DNA from: Polaromonas sp. | GTDB lineage: Bacteria; Pseudomonadota; Gammaproteobacteria; Burkholderiales; Burkholderiaceae_C | DNA length: 64,000 nt | Reading direction: 5' to 3' | NCBI GenBank assembly: GCA_013297865.1 | Contig: JAAFIP010000015.1 | Span: 31,359 to 95,358, forward strand | Shown here: one piece after another, positions 10,059 to 19,768 of the stretch | Layout: every line of letters begins with the position of its first letter | Position numbering within the stretch: position 1 is the first letter of the stretch | Program-made: the position numbers and the translations under genes | Notes under the pieces: generated by a model | What the model was told of the DNA's origin: nothing | The model's input: only the letters and a program-made list of their open reading frames with translations | The model's database searches: none

Positions 10059-10547
10059 ATGTTTAAACCATCAAAACGGCCTCCAGACCAATGGAATATC
10101 GCGGGAGCAGCTATTATTTTTATAGTGTTTTCTGCGCTGATGGCACTGGCTGCCTGCACTCCTGCGTTCAACTGGCGCGAGGTGGGGTTTGAGGGGCTGC
10201 CGGTCAATGCGCTGCTGCCCTGCAAGCCCGACCGTGGCCAGCGCATGGTGCCGCTGGCGGCCCTGGGCGGTGCACAGCGCCCGATGGTGATGGCCGGTTG
10301 TGAGGCCGGCGGCGCCACCTTCACCGTGGCCGTGCTCAATGTGCAGGACGCTGCCAAGGTGCAGGCGGTCAAGGCCGAGCTGGGCGCACTCAGCAAGGCC
10401 AGCCAGAGCCAGTATTTCACCCATGGCGCACTCGTGGTGCAGGCGGCGGTGTACGGCACGCCCAGCGCCGAGCGCGACGGCCCGGGCGCGCTGAGCACGC
10501 AGGCGCTGGAGACGTTTTTCACCGGAGTGAAGGTGGCGGGGCTATGA
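10059..10547 (+). CDS. Hypothetical lipoprotein
   Basis: lipobox LAAC then TPAFNWREV..LPCKP; ATGA overlap with the MFS gene. Confidence 0.75.
   Translation: MFKPSKRPPDQWNIAGAAIIFIVFSALMALAACTPAFNWREVGFEGLPVNALLPCKPDRGQRMVPLAALGGAQRPMVMAGCEAGGATFTVAVLNVQDAAKVQAVKAELGALSKASQSQYFTHGALVVQAAVYGTPSAERDGPGALSTQALETFFTGVKVAGL
10078..10127 (-). repeat. Dispersed element copy 3 (in lipoprotein signal peptide)
   Basis: revcomp cactat-aaaaata-atagctgc-tcccgcga-tattcca-ttggtctggaggcc. Confidence 0.9.
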
Positions 10548-11809
10548 GCGGCCCGCTGCGGGCACACACCCTGCCGCGCGCTCTGGCGGTGCAGGTGTTT
10601 TTGGCGTTTGCGCTGGCGTATTTTCTGTCGGCCCTGGTGCGCGCCATCACGGCCACGCTGTCACCCGTGCTGCGCGCCGAGTTTGCGCTCTCCTCGGGCG
10701 ATCTGGGGCTGCTGGCCGGGGGCTATTTTCTGGGCTTTGCGCTCACGCAGCTGCCGCTGGGCAAATGGCTTGATACCCATGGGCCCCGCAAGGTGATTTT
10801 GTGTTTTCTCAGCGTCGCGGTGCTGGGCTGCCTGGCGTTTGCCATGGCGCCGAACTTCACCGGCCTGCTGGCCGCGCGGGTGCTGTGCGGTGTGGGCGTG
10901 AGCGCCTGCCTGATGGCCCCGCTGACGGCCTATCGCCGCTGGTTCCAGCCCGAGATGCAGCTGCGCGCCAACTCGTGGATGCTGATGACCGGCTCGCTGG
11001 GCATGGTGGCGTCCACCCTGCCAGTGCAGTGGCTGCTGCCGCAGCTGGGCTGGCGGCCTATCTTTGCGGCGCTGGCGCTGCTGATGGCGGTGTCCATCAT
11101 CGTGCTGGCCTGGCGCCTACCTGCCTGGCCCGCCCTGCACGCAGCCGACCCCACCGCCCCTGCAGCGGACGACGGTGGCTACCGCGCCATCTGGCAGCAC
11201 CCGTACTTTCGCCGCCATCTGTGGGCGGGCTTTTTCAACTATGGCGGCCTGCTGGCCGTGCAGACCCTGTGGGCCGGGCCCTGGCTGGTACAGGTCAGTG
11301 GCTACACACCCGCCCAGGCGGCCACCGGGCTGTTCTGGATCAATGTGTGCATGCTGTGCACCTTCTGGACCTGGGGTCTGCTTAACCCCGCGCTGGCGCG
11401 CCGCGGCTGGCATGCCGACTGGCTGATCGCCCGCGGCGCACCAATCAGCCTGATCGTACTTGCTATGATTTGCATAGCTGGCCCCGCGACCCAATGGTGG
11501 GCCTGGGCGCTGTTTTGCATGGGCTGCAGCTTCATGTCCCTGGCCCAGCCGGCCGTGGGCATGGCCTTTCCCCAGGCGCTGGCGGGCCGCGCCCTGAGTG
11601 CCTACAACCTGGTGATTTTCAGCGGCGTGTTTGCCGTGCAGTGGGGCATTGGCCTGCTGATTGACCTGTTCACCACACGCGGCATGGCCACCGCAGATGC
11701 CTTCCGCGCCGCGCTGGGCGTGTTTTTTATCTGCAGCCTGGCGTCGTATCTGCGATTTGTTTTGGATAATAAGACCATCTCACCTGCCAGACTCCACACC
11801 GCCGCATGA
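10544..11809 (+). CDS. MFS transporter
   Basis: Motif A GKWLDTHGPRK, about 12 hydrophobic segments. Confidence 0.92.
   Translation: MSGPLRAHTLPRALAVQVFLAFALAYFLSALVRAITATLSPVLRAEFALSSGDLGLLAGGYFLGFALTQLPLGKWLDTHGPRKVILCFLSVAVLGCLAFAMAPNFTGLLAARVLCGVGVSACLMAPLTAYRRWFQPEMQLRANSWMLMTGSLGMVASTLPVQWLLPQLGWRPIFAALALLMAVSIIVLAWRLPAWPALHAADPTAPAADDGGYRAIWQHPYFRRHLWAGFFNYGGLLAVQTLWAGPWLVQVSGYTPAQAATGLFWINVCMLCTFWTWGLLNPALARRGWHADWLIARGAPISLIVLAMICIAGPATQWWAWALFCMGCSFMSLAQPAVGMAFPQALAGRALSAYNLVIFSGVFAVQWGIGLLIDLFTTRGMATADAFRAALGVFFICSLASYLRFVLDNKTISPARLHTAA
11461..11510 (+). repeat. Dispersed element copy 4, degenerate (inside MFS gene)
   Basis: tgctat-gatttgc-atagctgg-ccccgcga-cccaatg-gtgggcctgggcgc. 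Confidence 0.7.
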
Positions 11810-12249
11810 ACCACATCGTCATCATCGCCCACGCACCGCTGGCCTCGGCCCTGCGCAGCTGCGCGCTGCATGTGTTTCCCGATTGCGGCGAGTCGGTCAC
11901 CGCCTTGGACGTGCAGCCCAATACGCCGCCCGAAGAAACCGTGGCCATGGCGCGCATCATGCTGGCCCAGCGCAGCGCCCCCAGCGCCCTGCTGCTGGCC
12001 GACATCTTCGGCGCAACGCCCTCCAACGTCGCGCGCGAGCTGGCCGACGGCGTCAACACCAAGCTGATCACCGGCGTCAACCTGCCCATGCTGCTGCGTG
12101 CCATCACCTACCGCCACGAAAGCCTGGACGCGCTGGTCGCCCGCGCGCTGGCTGGTGGCGCACAAGGGGTCATGCAGGTGGCAGTCACCGCCCCACAAAA
12201 CCAAGCCAAAAAAGCCCATGATCCAGACCACCATCACCATCAGCAATAA
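11806..12249 (+). CDS. PTS EIIA component, mannose/fructose family
   Basis: IIAH phospho-His, DIFGATPSN, GVNLPML. Confidence 0.92.
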   Translation: MNHIVIIAHAPLASALRSCALHVFPDCGESVTALDVQPNTPPEETVAMARIMLAQRSAPSALLLADIFGATPSNVARELADGVNTKLITGVNLPMLLRAITYRHESLDALVARALAGGAQGVMQVAVTAPQNQAKKAHDPDHHHHQQ

Positions 12250-12487
12250 ACTCGGCCTGCATGCCCGGGCCTCAGCCAAGCTCACCAAGCTGGCGGGCAG
12301 TTTTCCGTGCGAAGTGTGGATGGCCCGCGGCGAGCGGCGCGTCAACGCCAAGTCCATCATGGGCGTGATGATGCTGGCCGCAGGCATCGGCGTGGACGTC
12401 ATGGTCGAAACTAACGGTGCGCAAGAGCAGGAGGCGATGGACGCGCTGATTGCACTGATCAACGACAAGTTTGGTGAGGGCGAGTAA
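12218..12487 (+). CDS. ptsH: Phosphocarrier protein HPr
   Basis: GLHARAS and NAKSIMG signatures. Confidence 0.95.
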   Translation: MIQTTITISNKLGLHARASAKLTKLAGSFPCEVWMARGERRVNAKSIMGVMMLAAGIGVDVMVETNGAQEQEAMDALIALINDKFGEGE

Positions 12488-12546
12488 ATGAGCCCGCGCG
12501 CCACCTGCTGCACCATGCTCCTGCCAGACTGCGGGGCCAAGCAGCC

Positions 12547-14334
12547 ATGACCTTTTCCATCCACGGTCTTGCGGTCTCGCGCGGCATCGCCATCGGGCGG
12601 GCCGTGCTGGTGGCCTCCAGCCGCATGGATGTGGCCCACTACTTCATCAAGACCGAACAGATCGACGACGAGCTGCTGCGCGTGCGCCATGCCAAAGACG
12701 CGGTGGTGGGCGAGCTGATCAAGCTGCAGCACTCCCTGGTGGGCAAAGACGCCAAAGACGCCCCCGCCGAGCTCACCGCGCTGCTGGATGTGCACCAGAT
12801 GCTGCTGCAGGACCAGACCCTGCAGGACGGTGTGACCCACTGGATCAAAGACCGCCTGTACAACGCCGAGTGGGCGCTGACCACCCAGCTGGAGGTGGTT
12901 TCGCGCCAGTTTGACGAGATGGAGGACGAATACCTGCGCGAGCGCAAAGCCGACCTGGAGCAGGTGGTTGAGCGGGTGCTGCGCGTGATGAAGGGCGTGG
13001 CCTCGCCCATTGCCTCACCGCCGCCGCCCAGAAAGCGCCAAGGCGGCCAGCAGGACCTGCTGCCCACCGACGCGCAGGACGTGCCCCTGATCCTGATTGC
13101 GCACGACCTGAACCCTGCCGACATGCTGCAGTTCAAAACCAGCGTGTTTGCAGGCTTTGTCACCGACGTGGGCGGCAAAACCTCGCACACCGCCATCGTC
13201 GCGCGCAGTATGGACATCCCCGCCGTGGTGGGCGCGCGCACCGCCAGCCAGCTGGTGCGCCAGGACGACTGGATCATTGTGGACGGCGACGCAGGCATCA
13301 TGGTGGTTGATCCCTCGCCCATCATCCTGGCCGAATACGGCTTCAAGCAGCGCCAGGGCGAGCTCGAGCGCGAGCGTCTGGCGCGGCTGCTGCACACGCC
13401 TGCGGTCACGCTGGACGGCCAGAAAATCGAGCTGCTGGCCAATATCGAAATGCCCGAAGACGCGGCGCCCGCGCTGGCCGCAGGGGCCGTGGGCGTGGGC
13501 TTGTTTCGCAGCGAGTTCCTCTTCATGGGCCGTGCTGGCAAGCTGCCCAACGAAGACGAGCAGTACGCCGCCTATGTGCGCGCGGTCGAGGGCATGCAAG
13601 GCCTGCCGGTCACCATTCGCACGGTTGATGTGGGCGCTGACAAGCCGCTGGACGGCCACGGCGACAAAAGCAGCGACAAAGGCCACAGCCATATCAACCC
13701 CGCGCTAGGCCTGCGCGCTATCCGCTGGAGCCTGGCCGAGCCGGCCATGTTCCGCACCCAGCTGCGCGCCATCCTGCGCGCAGCGGCGCATGGCCAAGTC
13801 AATCTGCTGATCCCCATGCTCAGTGCCGCCAGCGAAATCCGCCAGACCCTGCGCCAGCTGGACCTGGCCCGCGCCGAGCTGGACAACCGCGGCGCGGCCT
13901 ATGGCAATGTACGGCTGGGCGCCATGATCGAGATCCCCGCCGCCGCGCTGTCGCTGCCCGTCTTTCTGAAATATTTCGACTTCCTGTCCATCGGCACCAA
14001 TGACCTGATCCAGTACACCCTGGCGATCGACCGTGCGGACGAAACCGTGGCCCACCTGTATGACCCGCTGCACCCGGCCGTGCTACAGCTGATCGCGCAG
14101 ACCATCGCTGCCTGCAACGCCCAAGGCAAGGGCGTCAGCGTCTGCGGCGAGATGGCGGGCGACACTGGCATGACCCGCCTGCTACTAGGTATGGGCCTGC
14201 GCACCTTCTCCATGCATCCTGCCCAGATACTGGCCGTCAAACAGGAGGTGCTGCGCGCCGACGCAGCCAAGCTCCAGACCCTGGCGGGCCGCGTGCTGGT
14301 GGCGGATGACCCCGCGGCCGAATTGGCAGGATAG
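12547..14334 (+). CDS. ptsI: PEP-protein phosphotransferase Enzyme I
   Basis: GGKTSHTAI, GLFRSEF, SIGTNDLIQY, VCGEMAG. Confidence 0.96.
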   Translation: MTFSIHGLAVSRGIAIGRAVLVASSRMDVAHYFIKTEQIDDELLRVRHAKDAVVGELIKLQHSLVGKDAKDAPAELTALLDVHQMLLQDQTLQDGVTHWIKDRLYNAEWALTTQLEVVSRQFDEMEDEYLRERKADLEQVVERVLRVMKGVASPIASPPPPRKRQGGQQDLLPTDAQDVPLILIAHDLNPADMLQFKTSVFAGFVTDVGGKTSHTAIVARSMDIPAVVGARTASQLVRQDDWIIVDGDAGIMVVDPSPIILAEYGFKQRQGELERERLARLLHTPAVTLDGQKIELLANIEMPEDAAPALAAGAVGVGLFRSEFLFMGRAGKLPNEDEQYAAYVRAVEGMQGLPVTIRTVDVGADKPLDGHGDKSSDKGHSHINPALGLRAIRWSLAEPAMFRTQLRAILRAAAHGQVNLLIPMLSAASEIRQTLRQLDLARAELDNRGAAYGNVRLGAMIEIPAAALSLPVFLKYFDFLSIGTNDLIQYTLAIDRADETVAHLYDPLHPAVLQLIAQTIAACNAQGKGVSVCGEMAGDTGMTRLLLGMGLRTFSMHPAQILAVKQEVLRADAAKLQTLAGRVLVADDPAAELAG

Positions 14335-14335
14335 T

Positions 14336-14385
14336 TGCTATTTATTTAATAGCTGTCCCCGCGACATTCTATTGGCCTGAGGCAC
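14336..14385 (+). repeat. Dispersed element copy 5 (1 bp after ptsI stop)
   Basis: tgctat-ttattta-atagctgt-ccccgcga-cattcta-ttggcctgaggcac. Confidence 0.88.
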
Positions 14386-14528
14386 TTATTTACTAATAAA
14401 AAGCGGCTTGTGACGGCTTGCTGAAGCCGTCTCTACAGCCGCCACACAGCCGTTGGATGAACGCCACCCACATGCCGCCTAAGTAATCCACGCAGCCCCT
14501 GCACAGCGCCGCCTGCGACAATATCGCC

Positions 14529-14948
14529 ATGAAATTGCAAACTCCTTTTCTCTGGGCCGTGGGGGCCTTGCTGGTTGCCCTGGCCTACCAGCGCTTTGGC
14601 TGGGCTGGCGTGGCGCTGGTGGCGGGCGGCATCGTGTTTTGGATGCTGCTGCACTTCACCCGCATGATGACGGTGCTCCGGCGTGCGGCCAACGCACCAA
14701 TGGGCCATGTGGCCAGCGCCGTCATGCTCAACGCCAAGCTCAAGACTGGCGTGACCCTGCTGCATGTCACCGCGATGACCCGCAGCCTGGGCGCGCTGCA
14801 AAGCGACAAGGACGCCCAGCCTGAGGTCTACCGCTGGACAGATACCGGCGGCTCCCATGTCACCTGCACCTTCGCGGGCGGCAAATTGACGCATTACGTG
14901 CTGTGGCGGCCCGAGCAGGTGGTACAGGCCGAGCCCGGCGGCGCGTAA
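14529..14948 (+). CDS. Hypothetical membrane protein
   Basis: Two N-terminal TM segments, host-like codon usage. Confidence 0.7.
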   Translation: MKLQTPFLWAVGALLVALAYQRFGWAGVALVAGGIVFWMLLHFTRMMTVLRRAANAPMGHVASAVMLNAKLKTGVTLLHVTAMTRSLGALQSDKDAQPEVYRWTDTGGSHVTCTFAGGKLTHYVLWRPEQVVQAEPGGA

Positions 14949-14993
14949 AATCAGGGGTTTTGACACTTCATCAGCCCCACACAAGGAACTCGC

Positions 14994-15935
14994 ATGGCAA
15001 CCCAAGCCCCCAGCATGTCGGACCGCGACGGCAAAATTTGGATGGACGGCCTGATGGTCGAATGGCGCGACGCCAAGATCCACGTGCTCACCCACACCCT
15101 GCACTATGGCTGCGGCGCGTTTGAAGGCGTGCGCGCCTACCACCTGCAGGACGGCAGCACCGGCATCTTCCGTTTGGAAGAGCACACCGAGCGCCTGTTC
15201 AACAGCGCCAAAATTTTGCGCATGAAAATTCCGTTCACCAAAGAACAGGTCATGCAGGCCCAACTGGACGTCGTGCGCGCCAACAAGCTGCCCAGCTGCT
15301 ATATCCGGCCCTTGACCTGGATTGGCGACAAAAAGCTCGGCGTGTCTCCCAAGGGCAACGACATCCACCTCATGGTGGCGGCCTGGGCCTGGGGCGCGTA
15401 CCTGGGCGACGAGGGCCTCAAGCGCGGCATCCGCGTCAAGACGAGCAGCTTCACGCGCCACCATGTCAACATCACCATGATCCATGCCAAGGCGGTGAGT
15501 AACTACACCAACTCGATTCTGGCCAACATGGAAGCCACCGACGAAGGCTACGACGAAGCCCTGCTGCTGGACCCACAGGGCTTTGTGTCCGAGGGCGCGG
15601 GCGAGAACGTGTTTGTGGTGCGCAAGGGCGTGGTCTACACGCCTGATTCAAGCGCAGGTGCATTGAACGGCATCACCCGCAACACGATTTTCTCCATCTG
15701 TAAAGATCTGGGGATTGATATCCGCGAAAAGCCGATCACCCGCGACGAAATCTACATCGCCGACGAAGCGTTTTTCAGCGGCACCGCCGCTGAAGTCACG
15801 CCGATTCGCGAGCTCGACCGCATCGAGATTGGCAGCGGCTCACGTGGCCCCATCACCGAAAAAATCCAGGCCGCGTTCTTTGACATCGTCAATGGCCGCA
15901 ATCCCAAATACGCCAGCTGGCTGAGCAAGGTTTGA
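14994..15935 (+). CDS. ilvE: Branched-chain amino acid aminotransferase
   Basis: LHYGCGAFEGVR, AKAVSNY, EGAGEN, GITR, GTAAE. Confidence 0.96.
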   Translation: MATQAPSMSDRDGKIWMDGLMVEWRDAKIHVLTHTLHYGCGAFEGVRAYHLQDGSTGIFRLEEHTERLFNSAKILRMKIPFTKEQVMQAQLDVVRANKLPSCYIRPLTWIGDKKLGVSPKGNDIHLMVAAWAWGAYLGDEGLKRGIRVKTSSFTRHHVNITMIHAKAVSNYTNSILANMEATDEGYDEALLLDPQGFVSEGAGENVFVVRKGVVYTPDSSAGALNGITRNTIFSICKDLGIDIREKPITRDEIYIADEAFFSGTAAEVTPIRELDRIEIGSGSRGPITEKIQAAFFDIVNGRNPKYASWLSKV

Positions 15936-16001
15936 TGACTTTGCGGGACAGACCAACGAACAGCGCATCGTTGCTCTGTCCTCAACTGACTAAAGGAATG
16001 T

Positions 16002-16202
16002 ATGGCATCCATCGAACTCAAGGCCGCTGACCTCAACCCGCAGGGCGGCGTGTTCTGCCCCAATAAGCTGGCCGGTATGCAGCTGTGGAACTCCCATCCC
16101 CGCGTGTATCTGGACATCGCGAAGAACCACGAAGCCAAGTGCCCCTACTGCGGCACCGAGTATAAGCTCAAAGCTGGCGAGCACGTGGGTGGCCACCACT
16201 GA
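16002..16202 (+). CDS. zf-CHCC zinc-finger protein
   Basis: CP...HPRVYL...CPYCG. Confidence 0.85.
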   Translation: MASIELKAADLNPQGGVFCPNKLAGMQLWNSHPRVYLDIAKNHEAKCPYCGTEYKLKAGEHVGGHH

Positions 16203-17238
16203 GTCTGGCGCGCTGCCGCGCACGAAGGCGACAGTGCGTGCGCTGGTGATTGCGCCGCAGTGGATTGGCGATGCGGTGATGACCGAGCCACTGCTGCGCC
16301 GCCTGCATGCGCGCGGCGAGCACATCACCGTGGGCGCCCTGCCTTGGGTGGCCCCAGTCTACCGCTGCATGCCCCAGGTGGAAGAGGTCATCGAGTTTCC
16401 GTTTGCGCACGGCGGCCTGCAGCTCAAGGCGCGCCGCACCATCGCGCAGCAGATTGAGGGCCGGTTCGATGTGGCCTATGTGCTGCCCAACTCGCTCAAG
16501 AGCGCCCTGCTGCCGCTGTTGGCCGGCATAGACAGGCGCGTAGGCTACATGGGCGAGGCGCGGGTGGGCTTGCTCACCCACCGGCTCAAAAACCCGCCCA
16601 AAGATAAACGCCCGCCGATGGTGGCGTTCTACTCGGCGCTTAGCGGCGACACAGAGGTGTCAGGCGACCGGCCGCATCTGCAGGTGAGCGAGGCCGACGT
16701 CGCGCAGACCCTGCAGGGTCTGCAGCTGCAACGCGGGCGCTACGCCGTCTTTGTGCCTGGCGCAGAATATGGCAGCGCCAAGCGCTGGCCTGCCGCGCAT
16801 TTTGCCGCCTTGGCGCGGCAGCAAGGTGTGCCTGTGCTGTTGCTGGGCTCAGGCAAAGATGCCGCCTTGTGCGAAGAGCTGGTAGCCATGGCGCCTGAGC
16901 AGTGCATCAGCCTGGCGGGCAAAACCTCGCTGATCCAGGCCATCCATGTGCTGGCAGCCAGCCGCTATGTTGTCACCAATGACTCCGGCTTGATGCATGT
17001 GGCCGCTGCGCTGGACGTGCCCCAGGTCGCACTGTTTGGCTCCAGCAGCCCATTGCACACACCACCGCTGAGCCAGGCTGCCCAGGTGCTGTGGCTCAAA
17101 AACGATCCCGCCTACCAACCCGCGCTCGACTGCGCCCCCTGCTTTGAGCGCGAGTGCCCGCTGGGCCATACCCGCTGCTTGCAGGACATAACATCTGAAC
17201 AGGTAATACAACGCATTCACGCGCTGGCATCTCAATAA
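16189..17238 (+). CDS. waaF: ADP-heptose:LPS heptosyltransferase II
   Basis: PQWIGDAVM, PNSLKSA, PGAEYGSAKRWP, NDSGLMH. Confidence 0.94.
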   Translation: MATTESGALPRTKATVRALVIAPQWIGDAVMTEPLLRRLHARGEHITVGALPWVAPVYRCMPQVEEVIEFPFAHGGLQLKARRTIAQQIEGRFDVAYVLPNSLKSALLPLLAGIDRRVGYMGEARVGLLTHRLKNPPKDKRPPMVAFYSALSGDTEVSGDRPHLQVSEADVAQTLQGLQLQRGRYAVFVPGAEYGSAKRWPAAHFAALARQQGVPVLLLGSGKDAALCEELVAMAPEQCISLAGKTSLIQAIHVLAASRYVVTNDSGLMHVAAALDVPQVALFGSSSPLHTPPLSQAAQVLWLKNDPAYQPALDCAPCFERECPLGHTRCLQDITSEQVIQRIHALASQ

Positions 17239-17272
17239 ATTGCGCAAGCCACTGCACCGTTATGATGCCACC

Positions 17273-18622
17273 ATGAACGCACCGCAGTCGCACGATAACT
17301 CCCCCTCGCCGTCAACAGCCAAACTGACCTGGCTGCAAACCCTCAAGGTCTATACCGAAGCGCCGACACTGCGCATGCTGAGCCTGGGCTTTTCTGCCGG
17401 GCTGCCCTTGCTGCTGGTGCTGGGCACCTTGAGCTTCTGGTTGCGCGAGGCGGGCATCAACCGTGCCACCATTGGCTACCTCAGCTGGATTGGCCTGGCC
17501 TATGGTTTCAAATGGTGCTGGGCACCGCTGGTGGACCGCTTGCCGATTCCCGTGCTGACCCGGCTGCTGGGGCGCAGGCGCAGCTGGCTTTTGCTGTCAC
17601 AGCTGGCCATCATGGCGGGCCTGGTGGGCATGGCGCTGAACGATCCCAAGCTTACGCTGATGCCGGTGGTGTGGTGCGCACTGGTGGTGGCTTTTGCTTC
17701 AGCCACGCAGGACATTGCGCTGGACGCCTTTCGCATCGAAAGCGCCGACATGCAGCGCCAGCCTGCCCTGGCCGCAGCCTACCAGACGGGTTACCGCATT
17801 GCCATGATCTGGGCGGGCGCAGGCGTGCTCAAGATTGCAGCGCGCGCCGAGGTGGCTGATGTGGCCAACTACCAGCATGCCGCCTGGCAGGTGGCCTATC
17901 TGGTCATGGCCGCGTCGATGCTGGTGGGTGTGCTGACGGTGCTGTTTACCGCTGAGCCCGCAGGGCGAGAGATGCCGTCTGCCAAAAACCTGGCCCAATG
18001 GCTGCAGACCGCTCTGATTGAGCCATTCACCGATTTTTTCAGCCGCTACAAACTGCAGGCCGCCCTGATTTTGGCCCTGATCGCCATCTACCGCATCAGT
18101 GATGTGGTCATGGGCATCATGGCCAATCCGTTTTATGTCGACATGGGCTACAGCAAGGACGAGGTGGCCAATATCACCAAGGTGTATGGCGTGGTCATGA
18201 CCTTGCTGGGCGCGTTTATCGGCGGCGTGCTGTCCATGCGCCTGGGGGTCATGCGTGTGCTGGCGTTGGGCGCGCTGCTGTCCGCAGGCAGCAACCTGCT
18301 GTTTGCCTGGCTGGGCACGCGCGGGCATGATGTGCAGGCCCTGATCTGGGTGATTTCTGCGGACAATCTGGCCAGCGGTATTGCCTCGGCAGCGTTTATT
18401 GCCTATCTTTCAAGCCTGACCAATATTCAGTATTCGGCCACCCAGTATGCGCTGTTCACCTCCATGATGCTGCTGCTGCCCAAGTTCATTGCGGGCTTCT
18501 CGGGTGAGTTTGTCAACCGGTTTGGTTACCAGAACTTTTTCATTGGCACGGCCCTGCTGGGCGTGCCCTCGTTGCTGCTGGTTGTGCTGGCCGCGCGCGC
18601 GGCGCCCGCAAAAACCCAGTGA
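17273..18622 (+). CDS. ampG: AmpG muropeptide permease
   Basis: LGFSAGLP, KWCWAPLVD, GRRRSW, SATQDIALDAFRIE. Confidence 0.93.
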   Translation: MNAPQSHDNSPSPSTAKLTWLQTLKVYTEAPTLRMLSLGFSAGLPLLLVLGTLSFWLREAGINRATIGYLSWIGLAYGFKWCWAPLVDRLPIPVLTRLLGRRRSWLLLSQLAIMAGLVGMALNDPKLTLMPVVWCALVVAFASATQDIALDAFRIESADMQRQPALAAAYQTGYRIAMIWAGAGVLKIAARAEVADVANYQHAAWQVAYLVMAASMLVGVLTVLFTAEPAGREMPSAKNLAQWLQTALIEPFTDFFSRYKLQAALILALIAIYRISDVVMGIMANPFYVDMGYSKDEVANITKVYGVVMTLLGAFIGGVLSMRLGVMRVLALGALLSAGSNLLFAWLGTRGHDVQALIWVISADNLASGIASAAFIAYLSSLTNIQYSATQYALFTSMMLLLPKFIAGFSGEFVNRFGYQNFFIGTALLGVPSLLLVVLAARAAPAKTQ

Positions 18623-18698
18623 AGTGCGGGGTTGAGGTGGCTTGCTGCTAGGCGCTGATTACAATGGCCCATGTCCAGAAGTTAATGCCGCACTGTCT

Positions 18699-19730
18699 AT
18701 GCAACATCCACGACTGAATTTGGGTCTGATCGGCTTTTCTGCCGAGCAGCAGACACTGATCCAGGCCCAGCTGGAGCGTGCTCCTGCCCAAATGGCAGGC
18801 TCAGATGCCAACAAGGTCGACCCCAACTATCCTATCTGGCTGATCACGGGCTACCGCGAGGCTAATGCCCTGCTGCTCAACGCAGACCACGTCTCCTGGG
18901 CCGATGCACAGGACCTGCGCTTTCACAGCGACGCGCAGCACAGCGATATCGTGGGGCTGCGTCCCAGCGAGCTGACCATGCCGTTTGCCATCTGCGGCAC
19001 CATCACACCACAGATGGCCGCAATCGTCTCAGACAAGGTGCCCAACACCGTATTGCACGATGAGCGCAGCATGGTGCACGCCCTGCAGTATTTCGAGGCC
19101 CTGCTGCGTCCGCTGCGCACGGTCTATGCCCTGGCCTACCAGATGGCCGAGCGCAGCCACGAGCTGGACAACAGCCATGTGTTCCACGTCGAGCGTGATG
19201 GCAAGCTCGAAGCGATTGTGGACATGCCCAGTCAGCGCGTGATGGTGCGCGACGGGCTGCGCCCTTTTGACCTGGATAACGCTTACTGGGCCCGCCGCCC
19301 TCCGTCAGCCAACAACTGCCCGGTCGGCTTTGTCGAGCTGACCACCGAGGAGCTGTCCTGGGTGCTGGCCATGCACGGCAAAAATTACGTGCTGCCCGAG
19401 CGTTACTTCAAAAAGAAAATCTACCTGCGCCGTCTGCCCCATGTGCGCATCGGCATGTTCTATCCCAGGCACAAGCCTCTGCTGGAGCTACTCAGCCAGC
19501 AAGGCTGGAGTTTTGCAGACCTGGCGGCCGCACTGGACGGAAACGATGAGCTGCTCAAGCGTGATCTGTATGCGCTGTACCTGTGCCGCGCCGTCACCAC
19601 CACCGCGCGCAAGCTGCCGCCCGGGGTGAGCTATGAGGCGTCGTTACAGAACTCAGATGCTGGGCAAAGTACAACCCCCAGTCTGATGGAAGATTTCCAC
19701 CTGGCCACCATCGCAGCCGACCTGCGCTAG
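18699..19730 (+). CDS. Hypothetical protein (start uncertain)
   Basis: Long ORF with host codon usage; no motif recognised. Confidence 0.65.
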   Translation: MQHPRLNLGLIGFSAEQQTLIQAQLERAPAQMAGSDANKVDPNYPIWLITGYREANALLLNADHVSWADAQDLRFHSDAQHSDIVGLRPSELTMPFAICGTITPQMAAIVSDKVPNTVLHDERSMVHALQYFEALLRPLRTVYALAYQMAERSHELDNSHVFHVERDGKLEAIVDMPSQRVMVRDGLRPFDLDNAYWARRPPSANNCPVGFVELTTEELSWVLAMHGKNYVLPERYFKKKIYLRRLPHVRIGMFYPRHKPLLELLSQQGWSFADLAAALDGNDELLKRDLYALYLCRAVTTTARKLPPGVSYEASLQNSDAGQSTTPSLMEDFHLATIAADLR

Positions 19731-19768
19731 GGCCTGTTTACCTCAGCTGGCGCCGCTGCGCTGGCAGC

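Noticed and set aside
12218..12249. His-rich tail HDPDHHHHQQ on EIIA as a metal-binding tag
   Set aside because: It is a by-product of the overlap with HPr codons (MIQTTITISN) in another frame.
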